22,311 nucleotides of DNA from Acidimicrobiia bacterium (GTDB lineage: Bacteria; Actinomycetota; Acidimicrobiia; Spongiisociales; Spongiisociaceae). Positions 19,124 to 22,311 of the stretch are shown here, one piece after another (position 1 is the stretch's first letter; each line of letters starts with the position of its first letter). The position numbers were made by a program, and so were the translations under genes. The notes beneath the pieces were generated by a model, which worked only from the letters and a program-made list of their open reading frames with translations, ran no database searches and was not told the origin of the DNA. The DNA lies in the NCBI GenBank assembly GCA_041576165.1, contig JBFGLM010000067.1, positions 1-22,311 on the forward strand, given 5' to 3'.

Positions 19124-20269
19124 ATGCGAACCAACCAGGTGCTCGTCGGGCTCGGCTCGCATGCGATTGCCGAGATTCAGGAGAGGGTTCGGGCAATGCG
19201 CAACGCCGGCGAGCCGTTGGTCGATTTCTCTGTGGGTGACCCGCGGGAGCCAACGCCGTCGTTCATCAGGGAGACGCTGATCGCCTCTGTCCCGGAGGTT
19301 TCCCAGTACCCGACGGTGCACGGCCTGGCGGAGTTGCGCGAAGCAGTCGCGGCGTATGTGGGTAGGCGGCTCGGCGTTGTAGTGGATCCCGACACTCAGG
19401 TGCTGCCGACGCGGGGCTCCAAGGAGGCAATCTTCTCTTCGCACCTGGCCTTCGTCGATCGGGACAGGGGAGATCGAGTGGTGTGGCCGACGCCCGGTTA
19501 TCCGATCTACGAGCGAGGCTCCCGGTTGGCCGGAGCCATCGCCAATCCGGTGCGACTCGGCGGCGATTTCATATTCCGGGCGGACATGGTGGCGGACGAG
19601 GCGTGGAGCAACGCGGCGATGGTCTGGATCTGCAGCCCGCACAATCCGGCCGGATCGATCATGCCGGCCGCCGAGATGGAGGCGTTCCACACGCGCTGCG
19701 TCGCCGCCGGCGCCGTCCTGTGTAGCGACGAGTGCTACCTCGACTTGTACGAGGAGGAGCCCCCGACGTCGGTGCTACAGGTCGCCGGTCCAGAGCTGAG
19801 AAATGTGCTGGCGTTCTTCAGCCTGTCGAAGCGCTCCGGCATGACCGGCTACCGGAGCGGAGCGATCGTTGGCGACGTAGGGGCCATCGGGCTGCTCCGG
19901 TCGCTTCGGACCGGGACTGGAACCGCTTCGACGGAACCCGTTCAGCGGGCCGCCGCAGCTGCGTGGAGCGATGATGCGCACGTCGCGGAACGGCGCGAGA
20001 TCTTTGTCCGTAAGCGTCGAATCATCGCCACGGCCTTTGCCGATCTCGGATACGAGATCGTCGGGTCAGCGGCCGGGATCTACCTCTGGATCCGGGTGCC
20101 AGACGATCTCGCGATCAGCGAGCAGTTGTTGGAGCACGGCGTCGTGGTGACCCCCGGGCGTGCCTTCGGTGCGGGGGGCGAGGGTCACATCCGGCTGGCG
20201 CTGGTGCCGGCCGAGGACCAATGTGAAGCTGCGGTGGAGGTGGTGCGAAAGTGTCTCGGCGGGAACTGA
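19124..20269 (+). CDS. dapC: Class I/II PLP aminotransferase, N-succinyldiaminopimelate aminotransferase by context
   Basis: DFSVGDP.EPT, YPT..G..ELR, GSKEAIF, PGYPIY, SPHNPAG, SDECY, SLSKRSGMTGYRSG; operon with dapD and dapE; ATG 7 nt after TACCCT. Confidence 0.85.
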   Translation: MRTNQVLVGLGSHAIAEIQERVRAMRNAGEPLVDFSVGDPREPTPSFIRETLIASVPEVSQYPTVHGLAELREAVAAYVGRRLGVVVDPDTQVLPTRGSKEAIFSSHLAFVDRDRGDRVVWPTPGYPIYERGSRLAGAIANPVRLGGDFIFRADMVADEAWSNAAMVWICSPHNPAGSIMPAAEMEAFHTRCVAAGAVLCSDECYLDLYEEEPPTSVLQVAGPELRNVLAFFSLSKRSGMTGYRSGAIVGDVGAIGLLRSLRTGTGTASTEPVQRAAAAAWSDDAHVAERREIFVRKRRIIATAFADLGYEIVGSAAGIYLWIRVPDDLAISEQLLEHGVVVTPGRAFGAGGEGHIRLALVPAEDQCEAAVEVVRKCLGGN

Positions 20270-21057
20270 TCGAAGCGGCATACGCCGACACGGAACACCT
20301 GGCCCACGCCAGGGACGCCGTGTTCGAGACCATCGAGGATCTCGACAAGGGCCGGGTTCGCGTCGCCGAGAGGCGGGATGGAACCTGGAGTGTGAATGAC
20401 TGGGTCAAACAGGCCATCCTGCTCTACTTCCGGCTCACCGACGTGGAAGTCATGCAATCGGGGCCGTTTCAGTACTACGACAAGATTCCCACCAAACAGA
20501 ACCTGGCTGAGGCAGGTGTCAGGGTGGTGCCGCCGGGGACCGTTCGATACGGCGCGTTCTGTGAGCCGGGAGTGGTGGTGATGCCGGGCTACGTCAACCT
20601 CGGAGCGTATGTGGGCACAGGCACCATGGTCGACACTTGGGCGACTGTGGGCTCGTGCGCCCAGATCGGATCCAATGTGCATCTGTCGGGCGGGGTCGGG
20701 ATCGGCGGAGTGCTCGAGCCCCCCAACGCCCGCCCGGTGATCGTCGAGGACGGGGCGTTCATCGGGAGTCGCTGCATCGTGGTCGAAGGCGTACTGATCG
20801 AAGCGGGGGCCGTGCTGGGCGCCAACACTACGATCACCGCCAGCACACCCATCATCGATGTCACGTTATCGACCCCCCAGGAGTTCCGCGGTCGAGTCCC
20901 GGCCCGGTCGGTGGTTGTTGCCGGCACCCGGGCCAAACAATTCCCCGGGGGTGAGGTCCAGCTCCAGTGCGCCTACATCATCGGCCGCCGCACGGCCTCG
21001 ACCGATGAACGAACCTCGCTCAACGAGGCGCTGCGGACGTTCGAAGTGCCAGTGTGA
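20251..21057 (+). CDS. dapD: 2,3,4,5-tetrahydropyridine-2,6-dicarboxylate N-succinyltransferase
   Basis: LDKG.VRVAE, WVKQAILLYFR, DKIP.K, TMVDTWATVGSCAQIG.NVHLSGGVGIGGVLEP hexapeptide repeats; RBS GGAGGT. Confidence 0.97.
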   Translation: MSRRELIEAAYADTEHLAHARDAVFETIEDLDKGRVRVAERRDGTWSVNDWVKQAILLYFRLTDVEVMQSGPFQYYDKIPTKQNLAEAGVRVVPPGTVRYGAFCEPGVVVMPGYVNLGAYVGTGTMVDTWATVGSCAQIGSNVHLSGGVGIGGVLEPPNARPVIVEDGAFIGSRCIVVEGVLIEAGAVLGANTTITASTPIIDVTLSTPQEFRGRVPARSVVVAGTRAKQFPGGEVQLQCAYIIGRRTASTDERTSLNEALRTFEVPV

Positions 21058-22109
21058 CGCAGCATATGACGCTGGTAGACACGCTGCGATGGCTGGTGGA
21101 TGTCCCTTCGGTCACCGGATACGAAGCGGAACTGTGCACCGCAATCGCCGGGCGGCTAGCCGGCATTCGGCGGCCCCAGGTAAGGGTCGGTAACACGCTG
21201 GTGGTCGGCGCCCCCGACGACCGTCCCTTGGTGCTCCTAGTGGGCCATATCGATACGGTGCCGAATCAAGGTCAGGGTCCCGCTCGGATCGAAGGCGGCC
21301 GGATGTTTGGGTTGGGTACCTCCGACATGAAGGGCGGCGTGGCCGTGATGACCCACCTCCTGGAGGAGGGCGAGGCACAGTCCGGTCGTTACAACGTCGC
21401 CGGTGTGTACTACGACCGGGAGGAGGGGCCACCAGATGAGAACGGCCTCATCCAGACGGTGGCCGAAGTCGACTGGCTGGCCGGCGCCGCCTTCGCAATC
21501 GTGCTCGAACCGACCGATCTACAGCTTCAGCTCGGGTGTCTGGGGTCGATGAATGCCCGGGTGTCGTTCAACGGCGTGGCGGCCCACAGCGCACGGCCCT
21601 GGTATGGGGAGAATGCCATCACCAAAGCGGCTCCGTTCCTGGCGGAGATGGAGCGCAGGACTCCGGTCGAGGTCGAGGTGGGCGGGCTGGTGTTTCGCGA
21701 AGTCATGACCGTCACCCGGGCAGCCGGGGGAGTGGCCGACAACATCGTCCCCGCGTCGTTCGAGATCAACCTGAATTACCGTTACGCCCCCGACAAATCG
21801 GTGGCTGACGCCGAGGCGGTGCTCATCGAAGCTACCGCCGCCGCGGACTCAGTTGAGATCGGTGGGATTGCCATGGCGGCGCCGGTTGTCTCGGATCACC
21901 CGATGCTGGTTGATCTCGCCGCCGCAACCGGGGCCAAGCTGGCGCCCAAACAGGCGTGGACCGATGTGGCCCGGTTTACCGAGATCGGGGTGCCCGCAGT
22001 CAACTACGGACCTGGAGAAACCGCGCAGGCTCATCAGGTGACGGAGTCGATTCCACTCGCCAACCTCGATGTCGCCTATGAGGGGATCCGCCGCTTCCTG
22101 CTGGCGTAA
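21054..22109 (+). CDS. dapE: Succinyl-diaminopimelate desuccinylase (M20)
   Basis: GHIDTVP, GLGTSDMKGG, EEG, EPT, AHSARPW.G.NAI, WTDVARF, NYGPG...AH; GTGA overlap with dapD. Confidence 0.93.
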   Translation: MTQHMTLVDTLRWLVDVPSVTGYEAELCTAIAGRLAGIRRPQVRVGNTLVVGAPDDRPLVLLVGHIDTVPNQGQGPARIEGGRMFGLGTSDMKGGVAVMTHLLEEGEAQSGRYNVAGVYYDREEGPPDENGLIQTVAEVDWLAGAAFAIVLEPTDLQLQLGCLGSMNARVSFNGVAAHSARPWYGENAITKAAPFLAEMERRTPVEVEVGGLVFREVMTVTRAAGGVADNIVPASFEINLNYRYAPDKSVADAEAVLIEATAAADSVEIGGIAMAAPVVSDHPMLVDLAAATGAKLAPKQAWTDVARFTEIGVPAVNYGPGETAQAHQVTESIPLANLDVAYEGIRRFLLA

Positions 22110-22126
22110 CAGCGCGGACGTCCGGT

Positions 22127-22311
22127 TTACTGGTCGCCGTCGGCGGGCGTCATGTCCGGTTCGGGAGGAAACCCGGGCCGGCCGGCGTCGACCCACTGGG
22201 CGAATGCAGCGTCGTTCCCGATGTCGAAGCCGGCAGCCTGCGAAGCGACATAGCGATAATGGAGGAAGTCGCAGTAGCCCTGAATCGGATCTCCTGACGG
22301 ATTCTCCGCCC
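22127..22311 (-). CDS. 3' end of a gene entering from the right, resembling the DUF4032 C-terminus
   Basis: Minus-strand frame ...AENPSGDPIQGYCDFLHYRYVASQAAGFDIGNDAAFAQWVDAGRPGF...DQ*, stop TAA at 22127-22129. Confidence 0.55.
   Translation of the reverse strand, partial: AENPSGDPIQGYCDFLHYRYVASQAAGFDIGNDAAFAQWVDAGRPGFPPEPDMTPADGDQ

Overview
GC-rich (roughly two-thirds GC by eye) actinobacterial chromosome segment; protein families and promoter style suggest Acidimicrobiia, which is an inference. The housekeeping backbone is iscS-mnmA, ligA and the succinylase lysine operon dapC-dapD-dapE. Accessory genes at left: DUF3291, a frameshifted HExxH remnant, a CPBP protease, a LamG-like gene bracketed by a ~48-bp diverged direct repeat, a TusA-DsrE fusion lacking the TusA catalytic Cys, a bactofilin-like membrane protein, SRPBCC, a TlpA-cyclophilin fusion lipoprotein and TetR. 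Between mnmA and ligA lies a block of hsp20, htrA, a NEW3 surface protein, an ABC ATPase and an ABC permease, behind a promoter with a HAIR-like (HspR) operator, plus a convergent beta-helix lipoprotein. The left edge carries a perfect LexA box and a PafBC/RecA-NDp-like promoter driving a leaderless gene that runs off the window. Many genes look leaderless. No rRNA, tRNA, CRISPR array, transposase or integrase was recognised. All family assignments are from motif recognition by eye, not database searches.
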